From Patescibacteria group bacterium (GTDB taxonomy: Bacteria > Patescibacteriota > UBA1384 > XYA2-FULL-43-10 > 1-14-0-10-43-13): a DNA stretch of 64,000 bases. The DNA lies in contig JBAYHC010000004.1 in the NCBI GenBank assembly GCA_041666325.1, positions 929-64,928 on the forward strand. The letters run 5' to 3'. Made by a program: the position numbers and the translations under genes. Shown here one piece after another: positions 49,148 through 60,130 of the stretch (position 1 is the first letter of the stretch; each line of letters starts with the position of its first letter). The notes beneath the pieces are model-generated. The model was given only the letters and a program-made list of their open reading frames with translations. It made no database searches and was not told the DNA's origin.

Positions 49148-49684
49148 ATGAAAGGACGAGCATCGATGCAAGCAGTGATCATGGCGATCAGCCTGAGCCG
49201 TTCAATTTGCGACAGACTTGGTACCCCTTTTCTTTCCGACGACGAGACAGACAAGATCAACACCTTGGATCAACTTGTCGCAGCACTCAATGAGCTAATG
49301 CGGCGAGAAGAACATCTGCTGCAACATCCTCTTGATGCCGGTCAATTGACCTGGCGTTACTCGCGGCCGACCAGGGGACGCGAAGTCTTGGGTCCAACTT
49401 TCGACCTCGATATGACCGAGGCAGCACACTACGCCAGTATCTATTACCTGCCCAACCGGTATGTCGTCGGCGTACTACTGGCCCCAGACAGTTGGCAGGG
49501 CCCCATCTGGCTGCGCATTCTCTACAATCTTCAGAAGGAGCAGCTCGACGACCACATCCATTATGATAGCCGCTATAACGACCTGGGCCCGGCCCAAAGA
49601 AGCATGCTTCGTCTCTTTCTCGGGCTTTACCCAAAGCTTTCTCATTTGTTCGAAATAAGCACAATCCAGATGCTAGCCGTTTGA
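49148..49684 (+). CDS. Hypothetical protein (higher GC)
   Basis: TATAAGTA -10-like box upstream. 178-aa ORF. Own terminator. Confidence 0.45.
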   Translation: MKGRASMQAVIMAISLSRSICDRLGTPFLSDDETDKINTLDQLVAALNELMRREEHLLQHPLDAGQLTWRYSRPTRGREVLGPTFDLDMTEAAHYASIYYLPNRYVVGVLLAPDSWQGPIWLRILYNLQKEQLDDHIHYDSRYNDLGPAQRSMLRLFLGLYPKLSHLFEISTIQMLAV

Positions 49685-49713
49685 CCACTCAGGCGTAACA
49701 ACATCACTCCATC

Positions 49714-49737
49714 CCGCGGGCTTCGCCCGCTTTTTTG
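49714..49737 (+). terminator. Rho-independent terminator (gcgggc-ttc-gcccgc + TTTTTT)
   Basis: Twin of the terminator at 49069-49093. Confidence 0.6.
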
Positions 49738-49740
49738 TAC

Positions 49741-49782
49741 ACAAAAAGCCCCTTGTCTGCTTCTGCAAACTTGGGGCTTTCT
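49741..49782 (-). terminator. Terminator hairpin downstream of RNase J
   Basis: aagcccc...ggggctt stem with a U-run on the minus strand. Confidence 0.45.
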
Positions 49783-49825
49783 TCTGCCTTAGCGCCTTAC
49801 TGCTCTATTGCCTACTGCCTTGCTT

Positions 49826-51760
49826 TTAAACTTCAATAACTACCGGTATGACCATAGGTCTTCGTTCGGTCTCGCTGTAGAGAAACTCCCCGATTTCATC
49901 GCGAAGTTTCTGCTTGACCAACCCCCAATCAGCCTTGGGCTGGACTTCACCCGGAACAGGAGAATGCTTCGCAAAGATTTTTTTGATCTCAGCACGAGCA
50001 TTATGCACCAACTCTTCATTCTCGCGCATATAGATAAAGCCACGAGAAATGATATCTGGAGAAGTCACAACCTCACCGGAATCATGATCAACGGTAACGA
50101 TGATAACGAAGATACCGTCCTGAGCCATTGCCTTGCGATCACGTAGAACAATGTTGCCAACGTCACCAACGCCTAAGCCGTCAACAAGGACGTATGAGGC
50201 TGGAACACGCTTGTTCGTCACCTCGCCCTTGCCGCTAGAAAACTCAATAACCTGGCCGTCATCGCAAACAAGACAATGCTGTTCGTCGACGATACCCATA
50301 TCCTGAGCAATCTGACTATGAAGCATGAGTCTGTGACGTTCGCCGTGAATCGGAATAAAATACTTGGGTTTGACTAATGCCAACATTAACTTTAGATCTT
50401 CTTGATTGGCGTGGCCAGATGTATGTACGTCCATCAACTTCTGATAAACAACCTTGGCGCCCTCGCGGTAAAGATTATCCATCAACCCGGAGACGCTTCG
50501 TTCATTTCCAGGGATAGGTGACGAAGAGAGAATAACAAGATCACCATGCTTGATTTTGATCTGACGGTGCTCGCCAGCAGCGATTCGTGTTAGGGCAGCT
50601 TTATCCTCACCCTGCGAACCAGTACAGACGATTACCACCTGGTCATCACGATATCGGTTCAAATCTTTGACATCAATAATAGTGTCCGACGGGACAATAA
50701 GCGCTTCGAGTGAAATCGCAATCTCTGCAGTCGTGGTCATACTTCTGCCAACAAAACAAACCTTGCGGTGATTTTTCTTGGCCACATTAAGAACTTGCTG
50801 AATGCGTGATATCAGAGTCGAAAAAGTCGAAACGATCACACGACCGTGCGCGAACTCGATCAACTTGTGCAAAGAATCTTCAATTTCTTTCTCAGAGATT
50901 GAAACACCGGGCTTCTCAACGTTAGTTGATTCAGAAAACAAGACCAATGGTTTTTGCGCTCCCAGCATTGCCAGAGCAGAAAAATCAGCTGGACGGCCAT
51001 CTGCTGGAGTGTGGTCGAATTTCCAGTCGGTAGCGTAAACAATCAAGCCCTCAGGTGTTTCGATGGCAAAGCCCATCGCCTGCGGAATACTGTGAGTTAA
51101 ATGAAATGTCGAAACACGGAAGGCCCCAAGCTGCAATACGTCCTCTCCGACCTTGAGTGTCTGCATCCGGGCATTCATGATACCAACTTCCTCGAGCTTG
51201 CTTTTGATCAAGCCGAGAGAAAGCGGTGCAGAGTAGATAATCGGGGATCCGATTCGCTCATAGACATACGGGATTCCACCGATGTGATCGAGGTGCCCGT
51301 GTGTTACAAGTAAGCCTCGAATTTTGTGCTTGTTTTGCTCCAAATAAGTCACATCAGGAATAATATAATCGATACCAGGCATTGTTTCGTCAGGAAACAT
51401 GAAGCCCATATCTATGACAAGTATATCGTTCTTATACTCAATAACCGTGGTATTCTTACCACCAGTCTCCTCAACGCCGCCGAGCGGGATGATTCGCAAT
51501 TTTGGCTCAAAAAAACTTTTCGCCTTGTCTGGCGTAACTGTCTGAGCGGTATAGCGAGGCTCTCTGTCCTCGGTTTTTGGACGTCTTTCGATGGCATCCA
51601 CTTTGCCCCTGGCGTCGTGTCGGGGTGCATCAGTGCGGACTCTGCTGCCTCTTTTGGCAGCTGGATCATTTCGCTGCACTGAGTAAGATTTACTTCGAGA
51701 ATCGGCCGACGGCCTCCTGGGGCTTGATGTCTGACTTGATTCCTTAGTTCTCGTATCCAT
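49826..51760 (-). CDS. rnj: Ribonuclease J (MBL/beta-CASP) with Lys/Arg/Ser-rich N-terminal extension
   Basis: HGHLDHIGG motif, beta-CASP region and C-terminal domain. About 90-aa basic low-complexity N-terminus. Confidence 0.9.
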   Translation of the reverse strand: MDTRTKESSQTSSPRRPSADSRSKSYSVQRNDPAAKRGSRVRTDAPRHDARGKVDAIERRPKTEDREPRYTAQTVTPDKAKSFFEPKLRIIPLGGVEETGGKNTTVIEYKNDILVIDMGFMFPDETMPGIDYIIPDVTYLEQNKHKIRGLLVTHGHLDHIGGIPYVYERIGSPIIYSAPLSLGLIKSKLEEVGIMNARMQTLKVGEDVLQLGAFRVSTFHLTHSIPQAMGFAIETPEGLIVYATDWKFDHTPADGRPADFSALAMLGAQKPLVLFSESTNVEKPGVSISEKEIEDSLHKLIEFAHGRVIVSTFSTLISRIQQVLNVAKKNHRKVCFVGRSMTTTAEIAISLEALIVPSDTIIDVKDLNRYRDDQVVIVCTGSQGEDKAALTRIAAGEHRQIKIKHGDLVILSSSPIPGNERSVSGLMDNLYREGAKVVYQKLMDVHTSGHANQEDLKLMLALVKPKYFIPIHGERHRLMLHSQIAQDMGIVDEQHCLVCDDGQVIEFSSGKGEVTNKRVPASYVLVDGLGVGDVGNIVLRDRKAMAQDGIFVIIVTVDHDSGEVVTSPDIISRGFIYMRENEELVHNARAEIKKIFAKHSPVPGEVQPKADWGLVKQKLRDEIGEFLYSETERRPMVIPVVIEV

Positions 51761-52098
51761 AACTTATCCTTTCTTCCAGTTAGTCCCTCGTGGCCCCGGT
51801 TTAATGGGACGAAGGGGGCCTGTCACTGTAACAGAAAAACTGGTTAGAGTTCAATTCTTTAGTTCTAATAATATATCTGCAGACGATAAAAATAGATAAT
51901 AACTGCTTACGCCCTATGATTTTTGAGAATGCTATAGTTCACCCTTGGGAACCCCTACAATAAATCGAGTTCTATTTTGCTACTGCAAATTTAATTAAAG
52001 GATATCAGAAAGAAACAAGAATGTCAAGAAGAGTGGAAAGTAGAAAGGCAGCAACAAGAACAAACTGCCCCCCCCCTCCATCTTCTACTTTCTTCCCT

Positions 52099-54219
52099 CT
52101 ACTTTTTCAGCGTCAAGCTAATTCTGCCCTTGACTGGGTCGACTTCGACGACCTTAGCAGTAACAACTTCACCGATCTTTAGTACATCTGACACCTTCTC
52201 AATTCTCTTTTCGGAGATTTGAGAGATATGAATCATTCCATCCACTCGTGGCGTGATGCGCATGATGGCACCGATTTCTTTGCCGGACATTCTATCTTTT
52301 TTGATTTCGATAATTTCGCCCGTAATCGTCTCTCCGGGAATAATTTCGCGCATCATGGACTTGATGATTGAAATTGCTTTCTCGCCCATGGCTGGATCAG
52401 TTGACGAGACCATGACAGTACCGTCGTCTTCTATGTCGATCGATGTAATCTCTTTGCCGCCAGCTTCGTCGACAATTTTCTTAATTGTCTTACCGCCTGG
52501 CCCGATCAACTCGCCGATTTTATCTGGGTTAATCTTGATTGCTTCGATTCTTGGCGCATATTTAGAGAGCTCTTTTCGTGGTTCCGGAATAACCTTAAGA
52601 ATGGCCTCTAGGATTTCAAGCCGGCCCTTCTTGGCCTGGGCGAATGTATCCTTGACAATATCCATGGTCAAACCTGAAATCTTCGTGTCCATCTGGACAG
52701 CGGTCACGCCATCGGCAGTACCGGCTACCTTGAAATCCATGTCGCCGGCAAAGTCCTCAAGACCCTGAAGATCGGACAGGATTTTATATTCAGAAGCATC
52801 TTCGTTGGCAACCAAGCCCATGGCAATACCCGTAACCGGCTTCTCAATTTGAATGCCGGCATCCATCAGAGCCAGAGTCGAACCGCAAGTAGCTGCCATT
52901 GAGCTAGAACCATTTGAACTCAAAATTTCTGAGACGAGTCTGATCGTATAGGGAAAATCTTCCTGATTTGGGATAACCGGCTTCAGTGCCTTCTCGGCTA
53001 GGTAACCATGACCGATTTCGCGCCGACCAGCACCTCTCAGGGGCTTGACCTCGCCGGTTGAATATGGCGGGAAATTATAGTGATGCATAAAACGCTTGGT
53101 TGACTCTCCCTCCATAGTGTCGATCAACTGTTCCATCCCCGGCGATGCCAAGGTGGCCACAGTTAGAGCCTGGGTTTGACCGCGAGTAAAAAGAGCTGAT
53201 CCGTGAGCTCGAGGCAAAAAGCCGACCTCAACTGAAATGGGACGAATCTCCTCAACCTTGCGACCGTCAGGACGGACACCATCTTCAAGAATCCTCTTTC
53301 TTACTTCTTTTTCAACGATCTTGGCAAAGGCACCCTTGATCTCTGATTGTTTGTATGTGCCCTCGAGAGATTCCATAACTTCGGACTCGTAGGAAGCGAG
53401 TTTTGACTCTCTGTCAGCCTTATCCATTGCCTGAAGTGCCTCCTTGATCTTACCGCTGGCGATAGCCGAAACATCGACATGAAGCGCAGAAACCTCATCG
53501 GATTCAGCCGCAACTTCACGGGCATGATCCTCGGCAATTTTGTGTTGAATTTCAATAATTGGCTTAGCGAGCTTGATCGCCTGCTCGATAGCCTCGTAGA
53601 TAATCTCTTCTGAAACCTCTTTTGATTCAGCTTCGAGCATCATGACCCGGTCCTTCGTCATGGCAACAGAGAGATTAAGCACAGACTGTTCAATCTCTTC
53701 TTCGGATGGGTTATAAATAAGCTTGCCGTCAATCATGCCGACCTGCAAAGCTGCAATTGGCCCCTTGAATGGAGCGCTAGTCTGCATGAGAGCAGCAGAA
53801 GCCGCAACAATTGACATCATGTCGGGATCGACAGTGCCATCATAAGACAATACGGTGATAATGATTTGAATGTCATTACGGAAACTCTTAGGGAACAATG
53901 GGCGTATTGGGCGGTCTATCTTTCTGGCAGCTAATACAGCAGCATCAGACGGCCGGCCTTCACGTTTAATAAAACGGCTGCCCGAAATCTTGCCGGCAGC
54001 ATAAAAACGTTCCTCAAAATCAACCATAAGAGGGAAGAAATCGACACCCTCTCTCGGTTCCTTGCCAACCACAACCGTAGCCAGAATAACCGTATCGTTG
54101 CAAGTGGCAACAATCGAGCCGTCAGCAAACTCTGCCAACTTGCCGGTCTCAAGATGCAATTTCTTGCCGGCAAAGTCGACTTCATACTTTTTGATATCGA
54201 ATTCTCGCTCTTTTATCAT
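52099..54219 (-). CDS. pnp: Polynucleotide phosphorylase
   Basis: Two RNase PH domains, KH (GPGGKTIKKI) and S1 domains. Downstream of rpsO. Confidence 0.95.
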   Translation of the reverse strand: MIKEREFDIKKYEVDFAGKKLHLETGKLAEFADGSIVATCNDTVILATVVVGKEPREGVDFFPLMVDFEERFYAAGKISGSRFIKREGRPSDAAVLAARKIDRPIRPLFPKSFRNDIQIIITVLSYDGTVDPDMMSIVAASAALMQTSAPFKGPIAALQVGMIDGKLIYNPSEEEIEQSVLNLSVAMTKDRVMMLEAESKEVSEEIIYEAIEQAIKLAKPIIEIQHKIAEDHAREVAAESDEVSALHVDVSAIASGKIKEALQAMDKADRESKLASYESEVMESLEGTYKQSEIKGAFAKIVEKEVRKRILEDGVRPDGRKVEEIRPISVEVGFLPRAHGSALFTRGQTQALTVATLASPGMEQLIDTMEGESTKRFMHHYNFPPYSTGEVKPLRGAGRREIGHGYLAEKALKPVIPNQEDFPYTIRLVSEILSSNGSSSMAATCGSTLALMDAGIQIEKPVTGIAMGLVANEDASEYKILSDLQGLEDFAGDMDFKVAGTADGVTAVQMDTKISGLTMDIVKDTFAQAKKGRLEILEAILKVIPEPRKELSKYAPRIEAIKINPDKIGELIGPGGKTIKKIVDEAGGKEITSIDIEDDGTVMVSSTDPAMGEKAISIIKSMMREIIPGETITGEIIEIKKDRMSGKEIGAIMRITPRVDGMIHISQISEKRIEKVSDVLKIGEVVTAKVVEVDPVKGRISLTLKK

Positions 54220-54351
54220 ATTCTTGTCAGCAATTAAGCTATTAAGCTGCTAAGCCCCACTAAGGGGCCCCTGGTGGGGCAAGTAAGCAATCCTTCCCTG
54301 GCCGTACTTACCTGCTTACATGCCTAAAAGCTTATCCGCTCCTTGTGTTAG

Positions 54352-54645
54352 TTATTTCCTTAAGCCTAGATCGGAGATCAATTTTGTGTATCCCTCTTCG
54401 CTTGTTTTCTTGAGATAGTTCAAGAGTCTGCGACGCTTACCAACCATCATGAGTAAACCTCTTCGGGAATCAAAATCTTTTTTGTGTTCCTTCAGGTGCT
54501 TTGTTAGATCAGAAACTTTTTTTGTAAGAATAGCGATTTGCACTTCAGTTGAGCCCGTGTCTCCCTCATGTCCCTGGTACTTCTTGATTAGATCAACCTT
54601 CTCCCCCTTAACTTTCTTTGCATCCTCCGTTGCTTTCCTTGCCAT
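54352..54645 (-). CDS. rpsO: 30S ribosomal protein S15
   Basis: [41 protein letters not shown]... Confidence 0.9.
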   Translation of the reverse strand: MARKATEDAKKVKGEKVDLIKKYQGHEGDTGSTEVQIAILTKKVSDLTKHLKEHKKDFDSRRGLLMMVGKRRRLLNYLKKTSEEGYTKLISDLGLRK

Positions 54646-54922
54646 TACACATCCTTTCGGCCAGCAAGCCAAGAGATACCTAGTTCGTAAAGTTTATAAG
54701 GTTTATAAAGTAATATTCCATCGAAATTTAAGAACTTTATGAGCTTTATGAACTTTTCACTTTATGAACTGGTTTCCTGAAACTGGTCTCTAAATTAATT
54801 AGTTCGTAGCATGGCTACGTTGAAATAATACAACATTCGCCTCAAAAAAACAAGAGGTGTTCAAAGCATTAGTAACAGCGAAATATTGGCTGCCAAGAGT
54901 TCAACAAAGCGGTCGATAGTGT

Positions 54923-56146
54923 CTACTCCACCTTCATGATCGGTGCAGTGCCATCCGGTGGTCGAACTTGAGAGCTCTTGTTGCGCTCTTTATAAAATTC
55001 CCGAATACGCTGAATTATCATATTCGAGCTCTCTAATAATGTCGTGCGGTTAACCTGAAAAGCTGCCGCCATTGGGTGGCCGCCGCCATCAAATACTTTT
55101 GCTATCTCCAAAACATCAGTCGAGGAGTCGACCGACCGGAGAGAACCATAAACGTCGCCATTTCTTTCTGTGAGCAGAAGCGCAAAATCAACTCCAGAAG
55201 CGGTCTTTAGAAGTTCATCAATAACACCACTGGACTCACTTTCAGTCGCACCCACCTCCAGATAGTCCTTTTTGTAGAGCTCGGACCAAACAAAATGATT
55301 TTCCTTCTCGTCGTGGAGATTGGACAGTGCCCGGCCCCAAAGCCGCAAGGTTGAAAGAGGCTTGGTCTTGTATACATTCTTAATAATATCTTGCTGGTGT
55401 GCCCCAGCCGCAACCAATTGGGCTGCAACTGTCAGGGATTTGGGTGTCGTGTTCGCGTTCTGGAAGGAGTTTGTATCGGCGATAATTCCAGTCAACAACG
55501 CTGTTGCAATCTGTTCATCAATAAACTTGGGATCTCCTGCCAAAGCCTCCAAAACTGAGACCAATATCTCCGAAGTCGAGGTAGCTGTAATATCAACCAG
55601 ATTAATCTTGCCATAGTGGCTATTGGCAGAATGGTGGTCAATATTCACTACTGGTAACTCATAAAAGGCCTCGGCATTCTTCTCGTAAATCGAACCCAAT
55701 CGCTCCAGGTCAGTCGCATCAAGGACAATAATTGCTTCATATTGAAAATTTCCCGAGGGGAAGCTGACCATGCCTTGATCAAACTGACCGTTCTCGGGCG
55801 TGATAATGATATCGATAAAATTGTCTCGCGTCTTATACAGAAGCTTGTCGGCTTTTATCTTGGAGGTATCGACAGAAATGACAAAATCGCGCGACCCGTT
55901 GAACTCCTGCTTGATTACACCGACATCAGAGAGATAACTAAAAATTGTTGGCGCGGCATCGTTACAGATAGCCATCGCCTCTTTGTTGAGTTTTTTTAAA
56001 GAAAGGAAAAGTGCCAGAAGGCTACCGACGGCGTCACCGTCAGGGCTCTTGTGGGTATAGAGAAGAAATTTTTGCTTACTGCGCAAAATATTAACGACTT
56101 GTTGTTTCGGCGTTAATTCCATCATGCTCAATCCTTTATCATTCAA
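54923..56146 (-). CDS. DHH-family phosphoesterase (NrnA-like oligoribonuclease/pAp phosphatase) with DHHA1 domain
   Basis: HKSPDGDAVGS, DHH motif IDHH, and C-terminal GGGH (DHHA1). Confidence 0.8.
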   Translation of the reverse strand: MNDKGLSMMELTPKQQVVNILRSKQKFLLYTHKSPDGDAVGSLLALFLSLKKLNKEAMAICNDAAPTIFSYLSDVGVIKQEFNGSRDFVISVDTSKIKADKLLYKTRDNFIDIIITPENGQFDQGMVSFPSGNFQYEAIIVLDATDLERLGSIYEKNAEAFYELPVVNIDHHSANSHYGKINLVDITATSTSEILVSVLEALAGDPKFIDEQIATALLTGIIADTNSFQNANTTPKSLTVAAQLVAAGAHQQDIIKNVYKTKPLSTLRLWGRALSNLHDEKENHFVWSELYKKDYLEVGATESESSGVIDELLKTASGVDFALLLTERNGDVYGSLRSVDSSTDVLEIAKVFDGGGHPMAAAFQVNRTTLLESSNMIIQRIREFYKERNKSSQVRPPDGTAPIMKVE

Positions 56147-56337
56147 AGTACTTCAATATAGCTAAGGCGAGCCTGGTTGTCAAATAACGACAATTTTTCT
56201 CTTGCTGTGACTGTATTATTGGCCAAGCAGCGTCTTGACGTTAGCGACGATTGGGTGTAGAATTACGCACGTAAATTGCCCTCGCTGTCTACGCACACAG
56301 AGTAGTCCAGCAGAGTGCAGTTTTGGAGGAAACAAAA

Positions 56338-57371
56338 TGCTGAGAAGACGTCCATGGGACTGGGACGGCTTGATCCGGTCCGAAGACAACAAGGCTTGGA
56401 AAGAGTGGGTTGATGCAATTCACCCCGAGCCGAGAGATTTGCAAACATTGCTCAACACCCCGTCAATACGACCGGGCTTTAAGGCACGAGCGCTAAGCGT
56501 TGCCCTTGCCCCAACGACAAAGGACATACCTGTTTATTGGCACGAGCGCAGAGTAGCCGGTCTTCATCCCGTCTCGAGTGCGCTTAACATCAGGGGAGTT
56601 GATCATGCCGTTGTGGCAACATTGATTAAGGCAGTCAACAACATGTCGAAGGGCAAAGCCACCCTGGACGACGATACTGCGGGCATTCATCAAGGTTATG
56701 TGCTGCAGGCTCTCAAGTACCTTCCGGTTGACCATGCAGCCGCTCAGGCAGCATTTGGCATGTTCTGTCTGAGAGAAATCTCCTGTTTCTACAATATGGA
56801 TGACGCCAGCGGTTATCGGCCGTTCAGGCACCTTCTCTTTGACACAGACATTCCGCACAAATGGAAAATCAGTGCCGATGTCAAAATGCGCCAGATCATT
56901 GATGATGAAATAGCCGGCAAGCTACGACCGAGAGCTGAGCACGAGGCGGCCCTGCCTTGTTATGCTAACATTGTAATGGCAGACTCGTTTTTATGGGACA
57001 AAGTCGAACCACCTTACCCCACTGACCTATTGGCGAGTCAGATTGATTTTATCTGCCAAAGGCACGCCGGTGTCGATCGAATCATGCTTGTTGACAAAAG
57101 CATCATCTCCCTCATAACGTGTTTGAAGGACCCGAACTATCTGCAAACGTGCCGCGCTTTCGTCAATTTCGTGCTTGAGAAAAACTTCTTCTCACCCGGG
57201 GACTCGATTGAGTACTTGTACGCCGTTCTTCACGCCTGTGGCGAACAGGAAAGGGCCAACCATGTCCTTGCTGCTCGAGATGCGCGTGACCAAGCCAGGG
57301 CAAGAGAAGAACAAGATCGGAGCTTGACGCGTTCGCGACGAGATACCGCCTGGGCAGCACTGCGAGCTTGA
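56338..57371 (+). CDS. Hypothetical protein (higher GC)
   Basis: GGAGG RBS before the ATG at 56338. Own terminator. No motif recognised. Confidence 0.45.
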
Positions 57372-57398
57372 TGTTTGGGCGTTTCGCCCATTTCCACG

Positions 57399-57426
57399 GC
57401 TGGCCGGAATAGGCCAGCTTTTTTTA
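57399..57426 (+). terminator. Rho-independent terminator
   Basis: gctggcc-ggaata-ggccagc followed by TTTTTTTT. Confidence 0.55.
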
Positions 57427-57515
57427 TTATAAATCGCTGCAACACAGTCTTTACTTATTTCCCATTTCCTGCTATTGTAAGGAGGTAAATTTAATCTAAC
57501 TGAGGAATTCTTTCA

Positions 57516-57815
57516 ATGCCAGTTACAAAATCAGCCAAAAAGGCCCTTCTTGTTTCGATTCGCCGCAAAGAAGAAAACGATCAAGTCCGAGCCAAGGTCA
57601 AAAGTGCTGTCAAGAAGACAAAGATCAGCATCAAGAACTCAAGCAACGAGATTGCAAAAGATTTGTCTGCTGCTTTTCGCGAAGTCGATTTGGCCGCCAA
57701 GAAGCATGTCATGCATCCAAACAAAGCTGCTCGTATCAAATCAAGACTTGCTTTGCAGTCTGTAAAAATTGACACTGCTCCCCCAGCTCCAAAGGCAAGC
57801 AAGGCCAAGAAATAA
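57516..57815 (+). CDS. rpsT: 30S ribosomal protein S20
   Basis: MPVTKSAKKALLVSIRRKEENDQVRAKVKSAVKK... Confidence 0.85.
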   Translation: MPVTKSAKKALLVSIRRKEENDQVRAKVKSAVKKTKISIKNSSNEIAKDLSAAFREVDLAAKKHVMHPNKAARIKSRLALQSVKIDTAPPAPKASKAKK

Positions 57816-57846
57816 ATACATCACGACAACTCGCTCTGCTCATACA

Positions 57847-57877
57847 CAAAAAGAGCCCCTCAACAGGGCTCTTTTTG
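57847..57877. terminator. Bidirectional terminator between rpsT and lepB
   Basis: AAAAA-agagccc-ctcaaca-gggctct-TTTT. Confidence 0.55.
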
Positions 57878-57888
57878 TGATCAGAGAA

Positions 57889-58431
57889 CTATTTTGTTTC
57901 GATTGTGCTTGTCCGCGGGAACATGATAGCCAGAGCCTTACCCACCAAGAATCTTTTTTCCACCGGCCCGAAGTAACGTGAATCATTGGAGTTGGGCCGA
58001 TTATCTCCCATTAGAAAATATTGGCCAGTTCCAATCTGCCACTCTCCTTCAGGCTCAGTAATAACAGTCGCCGGAATATAGAGCTCCTTAAGCTTCGTGC
58101 CATTAATATAGACCCGGCCATCAGAGATCTTAACTTTCTCTCCCGGCATCCCGACCACTCTTTTTACATAACGCTTGTGCTCTGGATCACCCGGATACCG
58201 CACCACTGCGACTTCTCCCCGTTGAGGCAAGCCATCGCCCCGGTAAGCGCTTTTCTGCAGCAGGACCAACTCCCTATTGTGCAGATTTGGCTCCATCGAC
58301 AAACCATCAACGATGAAGAAGGTAAGCCAGAACGTATTAACAACAACAATCAAGACAGATGCAAAGACCACCCAGCGCGTTAAATCCAATACGATTCCAC
58401 CGCCATACAAAATTCGATTAACAAAGGTCAT
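57889..58431 (-). CDS. lepB: Signal peptidase I
   Basis: Start at MTFVNRIL with a GGAGAG RBS. Catalytic Ser (GLSMEPNL) and Lys region. GDNRPNSNDSRYFG. Confidence 0.85.
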   Translation of the reverse strand: MTFVNRILYGGGIVLDLTRWVVFASVLIVVVNTFWLTFFIVDGLSMEPNLHNRELVLLQKSAYRGDGLPQRGEVAVVRYPGDPEHKRYVKRVVGMPGEKVKISDGRVYINGTKLKELYIPATVITEPEGEWQIGTGQYFLMGDNRPNSNDSRYFGPVEKRFLVGKALAIMFPRTSTIETK

Positions 58432-58502
58432 GTCATGCTCTCCATTAGTCATAAGACACAAGAAAAATTTCCCGCCACTCGCAGTAGATGCTCCTAAAGA
58501 CT

Positions 58503-60017
58503 TTACTCAAATCCAGGCTCACGTAAAGCAATTAGGCTCCTGCTAACATACGAAATTATCGGAAAGAGGGAGAGACAAAAGTCCTCCAAATCCAAGCCAT
58601 CTTTGTCAGTCGTATACCAACCGGGGATCGTAAAGTTATGATCATAGAATCTTCTTGCCCAAGCCGCTTCGCAATCGAAGACAATAGCGTACGGCAAATA
58701 TTCCTCGAACGTTCTCCAAACATCTGGAGTATAAGGGATCGGAGCCGGGTTCGAAAGAAACTTTTTAAATGCCAGCCAATTAGTGAGCACCTCCTGGCCA
58801 AGAGGAGTACGAATTGGAATGTGAGAGGCAACAGTGATTACAAGCAGAGAGGTAACCATCATACCGAGCCAGAAAAAGGCGATAAACGGCGGATCTTTGA
58901 AAAAGAGCAAACTAAGAGCAAAGCCAGCAAGACCAACAAAGAAGGACAAGATACCAAAAAGCTTATACTTGGCATGGATACTCTGGGGATTCGTCTTGAA
59001 GTATCCTAGCCTGGTGGCTAAAATATACATTCCAGCCGAAACAACTGAGATCTTGCGACTATAGAAATGACTGTTGATTCTCTTCTCTATCTCCGCCCGG
59101 TTGGAGCTAATACTTTTATTGAAAATCTTGGACAAAAGCACTTTCTCGTACCCAAGAAGCCTCTGGTCGAATTTGTGCTTACCAAAGGCGAATCCACGCT
59201 CGCGATCGAGAATAATAATATCCCTGCGAACCGCAAGGTCGACAAGCGTAGCAGCAATCTCTCGAGGCCTAACCGTTTGATGTACGAGAACACCGACTAT
59301 CGCCGGAGGAAGAGCCATGGGCAGTGCGGTAATCTCCCTATCTGGTTGGTCTATTCTCTGCTTTCTTCTTTGATAAAAAACTAACAAAATTGAAATGACT
59401 ATGGTGGCAGTCGGCAGAACAACCCCCAGACCAACCCAAACATTCACGTCTATACCAGAAATATTGTTGACTAGAGTCTGCTTCAAGCTTGGCTTGACTG
59501 TTCCCTTGGGCAATTTAGCGACTATCGAAATAGTCGCCTTGCTGCCAACATCTACAACCCGATAACTAATCGTTCTGGCATCGATGACAGTTGCAGTACC
59601 AGCACCGGTCCCATGAATTGGCAAGACTTCATATTCGCTCTCGTAAGCAACTGTTTTTGGTAAACTCAGAGTTATTTCAACAAGATCATAGCTTCGGCCA
59701 GGTTCATCGACTATGGGCAAACGAACTTCATCGGCATCAGGGAGCAGATCAACCCTTTTCTTGGCAGCATGACCATCAATAAGGATAAGACCACCGTCAG
59801 TGACTGCAACCGGAATCTCCAGTTTTGCACCCTCCTGCCCAAGAAGGCCGACTGCCTCATCAGCCTTGTAGTCCGGCGCGGATAACCACCAAATAATGCC
59901 TGCAACAGCAAAAACAAGCGAGAAGAAAAGGAACTTTCGCTTGTAAAAACTAAAGTAGCCACCATTTTGCGAGCGGGTTACTATTCCCCCGAGCAAGTTC
60001 CCTCCTATACAAGACAT
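58503..60017 (-). CDS. DUF2207-like polytopic membrane protein
   Basis: N-terminal TM, about 170-aa extracytoplasmic domain, TM, cytoplasmic domain, two C-terminal TMs. Confidence 0.5.
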   Translation of the reverse strand: MSCIGGNLLGGIVTRSQNGGYFSFYKRKFLFFSLVFAVAGIIWWLSAPDYKADEAVGLLGQEGAKLEIPVAVTDGGLILIDGHAAKKRVDLLPDADEVRLPIVDEPGRSYDLVEITLSLPKTVAYESEYEVLPIHGTGAGTATVIDARTISYRVVDVGSKATISIVAKLPKGTVKPSLKQTLVNNISGIDVNVWVGLGVVLPTATIVISILLVFYQRRKQRIDQPDREITALPMALPPAIVGVLVHQTVRPREIAATLVDLAVRRDIIILDRERGFAFGKHKFDQRLLGYEKVLLSKIFNKSISSNRAEIEKRINSHFYSRKISVVSAGMYILATRLGYFKTNPQSIHAKYKLFGILSFFVGLAGFALSLLFFKDPPFIAFFWLGMMVTSLLVITVASHIPIRTPLGQEVLTNWLAFKKFLSNPAPIPYTPDVWRTFEEYLPYAIVFDCEAAWARRFYDHNFTIPGWYTTDKDGLDLEDFCLSLFPIISYVSRSLIALREPGFE

Positions 60018-60130
60018 CTAGCAAATCTGGCAATAAAGCACTAAAGCGGTAGAGCGGTATAATTTATAGTCCCTTACTGCATTACCAGCCTTGCTGCTCT
60101 ACTGCTTGCTAGTCCGCTATCCTTGTGCAC

